Source: Tubiluchus corallicola
Lineage: Eukaryota > Animalia > Priapulida
Assembly (NCBI GenBank): GCA_030141605.1
Contig: JAQGDQ010000387.1
Coordinates: forward strand, 1 to 64,000
Length of the DNA: 64,000 nucleotides
Reading direction: 5' to 3'
Under the pieces are notes generated by a model. It worked only from the letters and a program-made list of their open reading frames with translations, did not search any database and was not told where the DNA came from. The position numbers and the translations under genes were made by a program. Below are positions 53,901-62,903 of this stretch, in pieces; positions within the stretch are counted from its first letter, which is position 1, and every line of letters begins with the position of its first letter.

Positions 53901-56503
53901 GAGCAAAAAAGGGTCTCTTATACATGGGAAAATACAGTAATTACTGTGCACAAGCACAGTGGAAAAACAGGTATGGGCCTTACTCTACATTACTGGAACA
54001 AAATTTTTTAATCTATTCTGCAACTAGCAACTTAATTTCTTCTAGGACTCCAACCAAATACTCCTCAAAGACCACAAAATTTTATCTTTTTACCTAAAGC
54101 ATGCCTTGAGATTCGGTTAGAAGAGTTAGAAAGACATTGTGATATTTCATTCATAACCACGAATGAAACCATAAAACAGTTTACATATCAATAAAGTTAA
54201 TTACTGTGCAAAAACATAGCAAAAAAATAACTATTTTCCAGGAAAGTACTCACTGATCAGGTTTTTATACTCCAGGCCTGGAAAATCTAGTTTGGCAAGT
54301 ATTCAGGAAAGTGATTAAGATGATTAATTATTAAGAAACATTTAATGGCAGGTAAAATAAGTGAATAGAACTGTTCTGCTACAGCCCATAACTGCATTGT
54401 AAATTGCAGCAAAGATTAAACTACAATAATTAAAGTTGTAGTGCCACTTTCGATAGTACTAGCTTAATATACAAAACAATACTATACACATATATAGAAT
54501 GTATAGCTGTATACTATACTACTAGACTAATTAGCTAAATATCTAACTCACGTCCAAGCATATATAGCATAAAGAAGATTGTAATCGTCTGGACTCATAC
54601 CCAAACAGTCTTCACAACACGATTCATTAGCCGTTCTATTGCAGTCAGCACTCTAGAAAAAATGCAGGTAGCTAAAATTATTTATAATAAACTTATTAGT
54701 CTACGAAGAAAGGTAGATAAACTTATTAGTCTATAAGGAAAGGTAGATAAACTTATTAGTCTATAAGGAAAGGTAGATTAACTTATTAGTCTATAAGGAA
54801 AGGTAGATTAACTTATTAGTATATAAGGAAAGGTAGATTAACTTATTAGTATATAAGGAACGGTAGATTAACTTATTAGTCTATGAGGAAAGGCTGATCT
54901 TTTGTTTAATACAGCATGAAATTTCATATTATACACAGAACTTGAAAACAAGATTCATTTATAAAATATGGCACTTTATAAACTCATTCTTTGGAAACAC
55001 TTTAATACATACCATCAGTCAACTGAGGACTTCAAAAAAAGCAACAAAGGTGAATCCTAGTTTGTGTTGGTGTCAAAATTTTTTAGAGAAATAGAGAATT
55101 GGGCCTAATAATTTTTACAAAAACAACAATTTTTATGGCAATTTGAAGGAATTATTTTACACATTCTAAAGCTGGAGCTAAATACAAATTGAAAAATGTG
55201 ACATACTTCTGTAAACTGCGTTTGAAGAACACTGGGCATGTCAAAGCAATAATAAGAACCGAACGTCAGCATACAGTTGAAGAAGAGTATCACAAACCGA
55301 TACCATGCTGAAAAAACAAAGTTGCTTGAGAAAATTAAAACAGGTCTAAGGCTAAAGTTTACAATGCCATTCACACAAGAAATTAGTTTGTGAGGCAGAT
55401 TAGGATTAGGGTTATGGTTGGGGCTAGGGATAGAGATAGGATTGGGTAGGATTAGGGTATTTAAACTGTGTGCGGAATTGTAAACACCATCCTGATTGAA
55501 TTGTCTTGACTGGGTACCTCAACCCATTAGCATTAGTTCCTCAACCTACAGGCACCCATTTCAGACCTCAGCCTACTTGTCTGTTCCGTAACCCTGTGTT
55601 AATTGCTCAGTCAAATGGTCTACTAAGCCCATTAATCAGTTGGCACATTGGCGCTCCAGCCTTTTTGTTTCTTGCCTACAGCACAGAGCCTCAAATGAAT
55701 AGTGATTAATCTACAAAATGTTAACCCATCGGACCCAGCAGTCCCTCAGTTTGCTAAACTTCACAGTATTAGTTCCTTAGTTCACCAGTCTTACAGCCTG
55801 AGGATTAACCCACCAGCAAGTCAGTATACAGTTTCTTCACAATCCTTGAACATCGATTCACCAGTTGTTACTTTTAAAACCAACTGGTAAAATACAGGTT
55901 TGTTTACTCCAGGCTTTCACAATGTTTGTGACTTCAGCGACAGTCGAACAGTCACCAAACTGGTTTGTGTTGTGTTTGGGTGTTGTGTTTGTGGTTTGTG
56001 TTTTTGTTTTTTGTGGGGTTGTTTGGTTTTGTTTTGTTGTGTTTTTGTGTTGCCAACAATTTCAAAATACGCAAAAAACTTGGAGAACATTTTACGAGAA
56101 TGATGCACCGACTTTTCAACATTTTGCAGACATCACGGTGAACCTCGATTGTTGTTTTTGTTTTGGTTTTGTGGTGGTTTTTTTGTTTTTTGGGGTGGTT
56201 TTGGTGGTGTGGTGGTTTTTGTGGTGTTTTTTTGTTGTTTTTTGGTGTTTGTTTTGTTGTTGTGTCAATTGTCTATACAGTTAATGGTTTCTGACGTTAC
56301 TTTGATAGTCTGCTGGCTGTATACCGGCACAGTGCATTAAAACGCCGTTAGTATTGGCATTATACATTAAAGTATTATTTGGCATTTTTCTGTGAATAAT
56401 GATTACAGCCATCTTGCATTTGAAAAATGAATAATACTCTGTATTAAAAAACAACAAATTTTTCACCTTTAGCTGCTGCTGGAAGTGTCGTCGAGTTCTC
56501 CAT
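29781..56503 (-). CDS. MFSD1: MFSD1-like lysosomal major facilitator superfamily transporter; 13 coding exons, 1482 nt, 493 aa
   Basis: All exons are bounded by AG/GT with matching phases (see exon entries). MFSD1-family motifs include RFVILFFNCMLTFGSYYCFDMPS, YNLLYAIYAW, GFLVDKLGNR, GRLLFGSG, WFRGKELALAFG, SRLGS, FFYNGIFPF, SPFLG.IID..GKR and SMWPSIPLVV...GTAMG. It may be a paralog rather than the strict ortholog. Confidence 0.9.
31408..31522 (-). CDS. MFSD1: MFSD1-like exon 12
   Basis: CAG/GTAAGT, phase 2-0; LPVDETLRRWKYVMIFLLANTVACVTTTSLLNLYDKKH. Confidence 0.88.
31698..33340. repeat. 31-bp intronic minisatellite (CGTAGGGAGATTGTTCTACTTTTGAATAACA), about 53 units
   Basis: Directly visible; CACG/TATG and GTTC/GCTC variants. 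Confidence 0.95.
33955..34255. repeat. 61-bp tandem repeat, about 5 copies
   Basis: TCAAGTAACACGTAAAGCAGAGTTCACACTTGAGTGTTTACTCTCAGAGAGAAAACTTGCA repeated. Confidence 0.9.
34615..34754 (-). CDS. MFSD1: MFSD1-like exon 11
   Basis: TAG/GTAAGT, phase 0-2; ASMWPSIPLVVSQATVGTAMGLTTSIQMIGIGLSNMIVGAILGKNS. Confidence 0.9.
35976..38738 (-). mobile_element. 2.76-kb DNA transposon deletion derivative with TTAA TSD (tentatively Sola3-like; Kolobok is the alternative)
   Basis: 26-bp TIRs GAACGAGTCCGCGAGAGCACCATGCA and reverse-complemented GAACGCGTCCGCGAGAAGACCATGCA (23/26 match); TTAA on both sides. Contains a minus-strand ORF remnant MAATAELKCSFSGL...KLLLARTG. Confidence 0.75.
37466..37743. mobile_element. 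hAT-like MITE nested in the TTAA transposon
   Basis: 8-bp TSD TGAGACAA / TAAGACAA (1 mismatch); termini TATACGCGTA and reverse-complemented CATAGGCGTA. Confidence 0.55.
39083..39220 (-). CDS. MFSD1: MFSD1-like exon 10
   Basis: CAG/GTAAGT, phase 0-0; DIVGKRGILAFACAALSLPVFGLLAFSYVYPLIVMLWLGVMYSIAA. Confidence 0.9.
39449..39682. repeat. 25-bp minisatellite (AAGGACATACAAACGGAAGTTACAT), about 9 units
   Basis: Directly visible. Confidence 0.92.
40477..40585 (-). CDS. MFSD1: MFSD1-like exon 9
   Basis: CAG/GTAAGT, phase 2-0; KFVQDKYGYEERKSDYIAGSVYDVSLILSPFLGGII. Confidence 0.9.
41323..44743. repeat. 57-bp intronic minisatellite (TGACTTAGTAATTGCTTGTACTAAGAGGTACCTCATGAATGTCACCTAGTTAAACAT), about 60 units
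   Basis: Directly visible, highly homogeneous, no spacers. Confidence 0.97.
45797..45897 (-). CDS. MFSD1: MFSD1-like exon 8
   Basis: CAG/GTGAGT, phase 0-2; RFTDIKYFALSYWLLALSIMFFYNGIFPFVADVS. Confidence 0.9.
45917..46144. repeat. 76-bp tandem repeat, 3 copies
   Basis: Units start at 45917, 45993 and 46069. Confidence 0.9.
46749..46864 (-). CDS. MFSD1: MFSD1-like exon 7
   Basis: TAG/GTGAGT, phase 1-0; GTVLCGLGFLSAVIVSILDKQGVEQLGQTQRQAFESKKL. Confidence 0.9.
47111..48548. repeat. 45-bp intronic minisatellite (CACTGAGGCTTGGAAGCAACTTTCTGGTGACACCCTATCCGAATT), about 32 units
   Basis: Directly visible; one EcoRI site per unit. Confidence 0.97.
48695..48853 (-). CDS. MFSD1: MFSD1-like exon 6
   Basis: TAG/GTAAGT, phase 1-1; IVQNRITAFWFRGKELALAFGVTLAFSRLGSVLNFLFTGHFEEAYGLQFALWG. 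Confidence 0.92.
48943..49570. mobile_element. Degenerate Tc1-like MITE with long imperfect inverted repeats
   Basis: TA-CAGTA...CTGAAAATAAG...GTAACATTGTAA...AAGGCCTAAAA is mirrored by TTTTAGGCCTT...TTACAATGTTAC...CTTATTTTCAG...TACTG-TA. Confidence 0.55.
49983..50462 (+). mobile_element. Dispersed Kolobok-like element, copy 3 (both ends visible)
   Basis: TTAA-AGCACAAAA...CTACCCCT-TTAA; AG...CT termini with TTAA flanks. Confidence 0.6.
51116..51396 (+). mobile_element. ~280-bp dispersed element with a 14-bp inverted repeat around TTAGGG-like runs, copy 1
   Basis: ACAATTCCCCACAC...GGTTAGGGTTAGGG...GTGTGGGGAATTGT, then ~165 bp shared with 55373-55649. Confidence 0.55.
51526..51669 (-). CDS. 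MFSD1: MFSD1-like exon 5
   Basis: CAG/GTAAAA, phase 1-1; VGIFLFSSLCVIGSSLFALGSMFQGSVAMFPLMLIGRLLFGSGNGSLT. Confidence 0.92.
51738..52150 (+). mobile_element. Dispersed Kolobok-like element, copy 4 (3' truncated)
   Basis: Starts TTAA-AGCACAAG and carries the shared internal blocks. Confidence 0.5.
52212..52267 (-). CDS. MFSD1: MFSD1-like exon 4
   Basis: CAG/GT, phase 2-1; NAAVVIGAGFLVDKLGNR (MFS motif A region). Confidence 0.88.
52818..53161. mobile_element. pogo/Tigger-like MITE
   Basis: Near-perfect TIRs CAGTCGACCCTCGTTAAA[C/T]CGGAC; TA target duplication. Confidence 0.85.
53355..53937. mobile_element. pogo-like MITE
   Basis: TIRs C[C/T]GTATTTTCCCATGTATAAGAGACCC; TA flanks; subterminal TGTATAAGAGACCC direct repeats. 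Confidence 0.85.
54552..54652 (-). CDS. MFSD1: MFSD1-like exon 3
   Basis: TAG/GTGAGT, phase 0-2; SADCNRTANESCCEDCLGMSPDDYNLLYAIYAWT. Confidence 0.9.
54687..54893. repeat. 30-bp minisatellite (AACTTATTAGTCTATAAGGAAAGGTAGATT), about 7 units
   Basis: Directly visible. Confidence 0.92.
55207..55307 (-). CDS. MFSD1: MFSD1-like exon 2
   Basis: CAG/GTATGT, phase 1-0; WYRFVILFFNCMLTFGSYYCFDMPSVLQTQFTE. Confidence 0.92.
55373..55649 (+). mobile_element. ~280-bp dispersed element, copy 2
   Basis: Collinear with 51116-51396 (TTGTCTTGACTGGGTACCTCAACCCATT...TTAATCAGTTGGCACATT). Confidence 0.55.
55960..56265. repeat. Two G/T-rich low-complexity tracts
   Basis: 55960-56051 and 56148-56265 are almost entirely G and T. 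Confidence 0.8.
56467..56503 (-). CDS. MFSD1: MFSD1-like exon 1 (best candidate)
   Basis: GGC-ATG-G context; MENSTTLPAAAK then AAAG|GTGAAA, a phase-1 donor that fits exon 2 (giving ...PAAAKAWYRF). Confidence 0.6.
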
Positions 56504-56819
56504 GCCGTATAATCTTGCCTTGCGACAACCAAAGTGGCCGCAACTAAATTTTTGAGCTAGAGCAAAATGAAACTGACACCCGTCGCAATTTTACGTAATA
56601 AACAATAGTGAAACTTTAAATAACATTTTCCAATAATTTCCAGACTTCAGTATATTCGTATAGTCATTGGATTTCCATCTATTTAGACACCGAACGGGCA
56701 AAATCCTATTAGCTTTAGCAAATACAACCCCTGCCAACCGACAGAGCCAGATAACCTGATAAAGTGATAAATACAATCCTAAAACATATGTGACTCCAAT
56801 CATCCACTTTTCAACCACC
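56504..56819. promoter_or_regulatory. Candidate compact bidirectional promoter
   Basis: 316 bp between the MFSD1-like ATG (minus) and a plus-strand CCACCATG that opens a signal-peptide-like exon. Confidence 0.35.
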
Positions 56820-56927
56820 ATGACGCGCAATATAAGAAATCTTAGTATTATCGCATTTGCGGTCTGTCTCTTTTTTGCTGTTATAGCAGCGACGGGTCGA
56901 GCAAATAAAAATGTTTTCAAACTAAAG
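56820..56927 (+). CDS. Candidate signal-peptide exon
   Basis: Kozak-like CCACCATG; MTRNIRNLSIIAFAVCLFFAVIAATGRANKNVFKLK (basic n-region, hydrophobic h-region, small residues), then an AAG|GTATTT donor. The downstream junction is not resolved. Confidence 0.45.
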
Positions 56928-58955
56928 GTATTTTTTTATGTTTATTTTTTTGGGAAAGCTTTCTCCAAAGACAAGCTTTAGCATGCAATATGTATATAGC
57001 AGTTAGTAAAATCTTGCGAAGTGAGGACCAAACACGAGGGGCAAAATGACAAGACAGTTATTCAAATCTATGCATCATAATGTTGAAATATTGAAATACT
57101 AGAGACAGCATTTCAGCATACCCTTAAGGTCATTTTTTATGTTTTATGTTTAGCCAGCTATTTGTTCATTTTGCTCACAAAGATTCTTTCACACATTAAC
57201 ATCTTAAATTCGCAAAATTACTCAGTTAGTCAAGATTTTGGGTGGGGCTAATGCTGCTCTTTCAAAGGTGGTAAATGCGGTTATCGAAATGAGGCCTCTC
57301 ACCCACCGATACCTCAGGTTTGAGCCGTCCAGGGGCTATTACAACTACCTTGGCGGCAAGAATCCAATGGCAGAACACTGGAATTGTGTTAATAAACATA
57401 GAAATAATGTGCTGTAGTACAGCAAGTGTTTACAGGTGGCAGCTGTATTGCACATCGTTAGATAAACAATTGACAGGACTATCACAACTAGGGAGGAGAT
57501 GTTTCCAATATAAGCAGATTTAATATATTAACTATACTACACATATGGGTGTGAAACAACGGCAACAGCTCAGCAACCGTTTATAGTTGGCACACTGTGT
57601 GGCGCATGGTTGGAAAAATAACTGACTGACACATCACCAGTTGCCGCCATTATAAGGTGGCACAAAATTTCGACATTCGTAGGCCTAGTGGCCTATAGAT
57701 CCGACAGGGCAAGGACGGGCAATTGTGAGATGTTAGTCATGTGATTCCGAAGGGTTTCCTAAGTTTGGCCATGTTGATACATTTTTCCCATACATTTAAT
57801 ACCGACATGTGTAGGAAAAACAGGTGCAGTGTGGCACCCCTGACAGGTGGATGCTAACCTGACATGTATGAAGCCATATAAAGTTTGTCTTGGAAAAAAC
57901 TGCCTAATGGCTAAAGAACCAATGCATAGCACTTTACTGATTTCTTGCATTTGCATAGATTAGGGTTATGGTTGGAATTAGAAAACAGTTAAATACAAAG
58001 TACACACACAAAACACTTGACAAGTGTAACACCTGTAATCACCCAAGAAGGATCAGGGTTAAGGTTAGGAATTAAGGTCAGGGTTCGGGTAGTTTCAGGT
58101 CAGGTCAGGGTCAAACATCAAATGTCAGGGTCAATAAAGTCAACTAGGGGAGTCCGTAAAATTTCCCCACTCCCCGAACATGGCCCCAACCAGGCCTAAA
58201 CAATTTGACCTCCCAAGTCGAATATCATCACTGTAGGGGTAATTTTGCTTTGTCTGAATAACAATTAAATTGCTACTAGTAGTACCTATCTACCTAATTA
58301 CCTATGTCTACCTACTTATTTAACAAACTACTTACCTATATACGCAGTACCTACCTACCTATTGACTCACCTACTTCCTACCTATCTAAGCGTTTACTTA
58401 TACCAATCTATATACGTATTACTAATAATTTTGCATATTAACCTGTTTGTTGGAACTAGTTCTAAAATTCAGATGTCGACTTTGAAAATTATTTTCGAGA
58501 CCGTTAATAAAATGTTCCACTTTTCAGCCATTTATCAGCAATGGAACTTGCAACCTAACTGCTTAATAAAATGCTTCTTTGTTTTCATTCGATTCTTTCT
58601 TAGTGACGTATTGATGTAATATCAATATATTCAGGTGCATTTTGATACTTATGTTCTCTAACTGCAGCTGTGGGTTTTCATAAATAATAATGATGATCAC
58701 AAGTCATACAAGTATAATTATAGTGTTATAACAGATGTGTTGTACAGCACTGCACACAGAAATTTGTCACAGCTTCTTCGCCACTCTCGTATTAAATAAG
58801 TACAAGACGTGAAGTAATTTATTTTGTGAAGTAAAAAAAGTATGTTAAAACAAAGTGGAACTTTCTGTGGATAAATTTTATATAAAAACGTAGTACTGAT
58901 GGTACGATATGATGTATATAAAATAATAACATGATAGTGATATGATGATTAAAAC

Positions 58956-61503
58956 ATGTCTAATGTCTGGCACTTTGTCACGGTTATCTTTGGGATTTAT
59001 TTGCTGGTAGAGGTGGAAAGTGGGCCCAATTTTGCCGACACACCAACTACACTTGGTATTGCTCAAACTCAAAAAGACTTTGCTGACGTAAACTACACTA
59101 GAAAGCAGCATGACAGTAAAAATCAAAAGCAAGATGCCAACTATGGTGATAACAGGAGACAAAACTTTGGTAGTAAGAGAAAACAGCAAAGTGAAGTAGA
59201 ATACAACCATGACAACTACCATGGTGAACCAAAAGAAGGTAAAGACTTAGATTATAAAACAAAGCACGATAATGATGATCAACCTTTTAATGACAACTCT
59301 GAGGAAAATGGCATATCTGGGGCCTCTTTTCATCCAGACTCATTACAAGTTGGTCAGAAACGAAAGCATCATGACAGTAAAAATCAAAAGCAAGATGCCA
59401 ACTATGGTGATAACAGGAGACAAAACTTTGGTAGTAAGAGAAAACAGCAAAGTGAAGAAGAATACAACCATGACAACTACGAGGGTGAACCAAAAGAAGG
59501 TAAAGACTTAGATTATAAAACAAAGCACAATAGTGATGATCAACCTTTTAATGACAACTCTGAGGAAAATGGCATATCTGGGGGCTCTTTTCATCCAGAC
59601 TCATTACAAGTTGGTCAGAAACGAAAGCATCACGAGCATCATGACAGTAAAAGTCAAAAGCAAGATGCCAACTATGGTGATAACAGGAGACAAAACTTTG
59701 GTAGTAAGAGAAAACAGCAAAGTGAAGTAGAATACAACCATGACAACTACCATGGTGAACCAAAAGAAGGTAAAGACTTAGATTATAAAACAAAGCACGA
59801 TAATGATGATCAACCTTTTAATGACAACTCTGAGGAAAATGGCATATCTGGGGGCTCTTTTCATCCAGACTCATTACAAGTTGGTCAGAAACGAAAGCAT
59901 CACGAGCATCATGACAGTAAAAATCAAAAGCAAGATGCCAACTATGGTGATAACAGGAGACAAAACTTTGGTAGTAAGAGAAAACAGCAAAGTGAAGTAG
60001 AATACAACCATGACAACTACCATGGTGAACCAAAAGAAGGTAAAGACTTAGATTATAAAACAAAGCACGATAATGATGATCAACCTTTTAATGACAACAC
60101 TGAAGAAAATGGCATGTCTGGGGGCTCTTTTCATCCAGACTCATTACAAGTTGGTCAGAAACGAAAGCATCACGAGCATCATGACAGAAATTATACCCAA
60201 CATGTTGAGGATAAAACCAAGAAACAGCAAGATTCTGAGACAGCCGATAAACAGCTTGGGTCACATAAATACAACAGAGGCAAGAACCAGCACTGGTTGC
60301 ACGAACATGAAGGATTTGCAGATGAAATGCAGTCGCATGACAAAGAACACCAAAGAGAAAATGAATTATATACAGGTGATGCTGAGTTAAAGGAGAGGAA
60401 GATGCATGAACCTGTAGATGGAGCACATATCCGATTAAATAACAATGGTTCTATTGAGCATCACAGTAAAATTGACACTTATACCACACAGAACACTAGC
60501 CACGCTGATCCACAACACGAAAAGCATGTTGACTTAAGTGACAAGAAAGGAAATCAGGTGGAAGAAAAGCCTCATTTCCATGTTGATCCAGATATCATAA
60601 ACAACAGTAGCCAGCACGTGGATTCGCATGAGCACCAGGATGCCATGCGACTTTATGCGAATCATGTGGGCGACGAAAAGCAAATAAAAAATAGGGGTGA
60701 CGGTCATGGCAATAAGAATCGTGACAACATGAAAAACGTTGTTGCGGTGCTTGAAAATGATTCCAATGTCCCCACGAAGTATGCTAAAAATCTAACGGAT
60801 TTTGAGACTTACCCGAGTGAAGAATATGGTACCAGCACCAACAACAATAGCAACAATCATCATCAGCATCATTACCACGATCACTATCATCACCATCATC
60901 ATCATCACTCTGTGAACGTCACAACAAGTGGACCCGATGATAAAAATGTTTATAAGGAATATAACAACGATCAGTATGAATTTAGTACGAACCACATTAC
61001 AGCAACTAGTTACGATTTCACCAACGGTAATGATTCCTCCTCTGAAGAAAAGATTGGAAGCACTATGAGTAGTGTGAATATAGATGCAAATGCTACAGAA
61101 CAGTCGCAGTATGGAATGCATATAGAAACAGCAGAGGAGGAACATCATAAAAATGCACATATCTTAGATGCAAATGAAGGATCGGATTTTTCAAAAGCCA
61201 CTTACTATCCTCCTTTGGTAGTAAGACTAAATAAATCCGATGAGATTAGATTCTACCCAAACCGTTCAAATGCTGACTTCCAGGGAAATCAGATTTCAAC
61301 AAAGAGTTTTGAAAACTACACATCGGAGTTTACGACGAAGGAAATTCAAAATCCGACAGAAAAGATCCTAACTTCAGAACCACTAAACGACCATGCAGAT
61401 GATCACATCACCAACTACACAAGTTTGTTTACTACTGACAGTTTCACCAACGTCGATAATATTCTCTTTGAAACAGCCACAGTTACCTTTGAAACAGCTG
61501 AAG
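58956..61503 (+). CDS. Large exon of a type-I membrane glycoprotein: His/Asp/Asn/Lys-rich, Cys-free ectodomain with tandem repeats
   Basis: ~2.5-kb open frame in AT-rich DNA, mostly outside the repeats; hydrophobic N-terminus; ends at a strong GAAG|GTAAGT phase-1 donor. The start could instead be the acceptor at 59010/59011. Confidence 0.85.
59103..60187 (+). repeat. Coding tandem repeat, 261/270-bp units (87/90 aa), 4 copies plus a partial fifth
   Basis: HDSKNQKQDANYGDNRRQNFGSKRK...SFHPDSLQVGQKRKH repeated; the length change between units is 9 nt, in frame. Confidence 0.95.
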
Positions 61504-61971
61504 GTAAGTAATCACGAATTATTTTTCCCTTTAACTCGCATTTAAGTGTCTGTTAATTTGACTATCAAATTCAACCCACTGAAACAAAACAATAACAATA
61601 ACCTGACTAAAAATATCACCATGGTTGAGTGTTATAAGTCAACGTGTAACACATCTTGATCTAGAGAATGCTTGTCAGGTCATCACAGATACCATGGTTA
61701 CCTTGACGCACTCTATTAATGTACTACAAATATAGCCTAAACGTAGATGAGCTGGACATTGCAATTCTCTCTTCTACATTTCCTATTAAATCTGAATCAA
61801 ACACTTGGCTACCTAAAATTCTGTGGCATAAAATGATAATTATAGCAGTCTTTGCATGAATTTTTAAAACGATCTCTATTAGATTAAAAAGTCCCCAACT
61901 CAATATCATAATTTCATATGCCCCGTAGCTGACAAACATAGACTTTGATAACTTTTGGTTTATTTTTAAAG

Positions 61972-62034
61972 CTACAACTGCTCTGTCCACAGACATTGAA
62001 GACGATGAGTTGGACAGCAACAATACCATTACAG
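61972..62034 (+). CDS. Small acidic exon of the glycoprotein gene
   Basis: AG acceptor after a T-rich tract and CAG|GTAATC donor, phase 1-1; (A)TTALSTDIEDDELDSNNTIT. Confidence 0.7.
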
Positions 62035-62046
62035 GTAATCCAAATA

Positions 62047-62215
62047 GATTAGAAAACATTTCAACACTTTTGCGTTTCTTTATTAATGTTTGTTTCGGCT
62101 TCGTATATTTATATTAGTCAAGTCCCTTTATCAGAAAAGATTAGAAAACGTTTCAACACTTTTGCGTTTGTTTCGGCTGCGTATATCTATATTAGTCAAG
62201 TCCCTTTATCAGAAA
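62047..62215. repeat. Imperfect ~80-90 bp tandem duplication
   Basis: GATTAGAAAAC.TTTCAACACTTTTGCGTTT...TATATTAGTCAAGTCCCTTTATCAGAAAA occurs twice. Confidence 0.8.
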
Positions 62216-62903
62216 AAAAATCGAACTTACAAAATTTTGGGGAAAGACGGTTTAGAAGAATTTATTGTGGATCAATTTAAGTTTTCTTGCAATGAATTAA
62301 TCGACAAACTGTTTTTCAGAACTTCAGGTAAACTATGATGAGGGAAGCTGGTTGGTAAGTGGCTAACTATATTGCATTTAACTTTGGCACGCGCATTTGT
62401 AAGTTAGGATTGGTGATAAGTTACTTATTTTTTCAATTTTGCAAGTAGACTATTTATTCGTTACGTGATTATAAAATCGGGCAACTGGCCCTATTATAGA
62501 GCCTGCAAGCCCTAGATGTCCTACTGAAGCAGCATTCGCTAAAGCACTCCTGTTGCTAATAATTATGAATACATAGGCCTAATTGGTTGTTCATAATCTT
62601 AATTTTAAGATTAAAATTAATGATGGAATAAGCCCTCGATTGATGAATTTTGAAAAAAAGTTACTCAAATGAAAGAAAATATGAAAAAGCCGAGTCACAG
62701 TCAAACGTCACCTTCTAATGAACAAATGCCTCCTTCAAATCCAGCCGGTGTCACACTTTTTCGTGTTTCCTTTTTTCGAGCAAATTTGATTTTAAAATTC
62801 AGTGACTACTTACAATATTTATTTTGTCAGCGAAGCATGTTGGTATAGTCAATACGCAGGTTTATTGGTGTCATGCCGTTTAAAATTATACGCTGTTTGT
62901 TAG

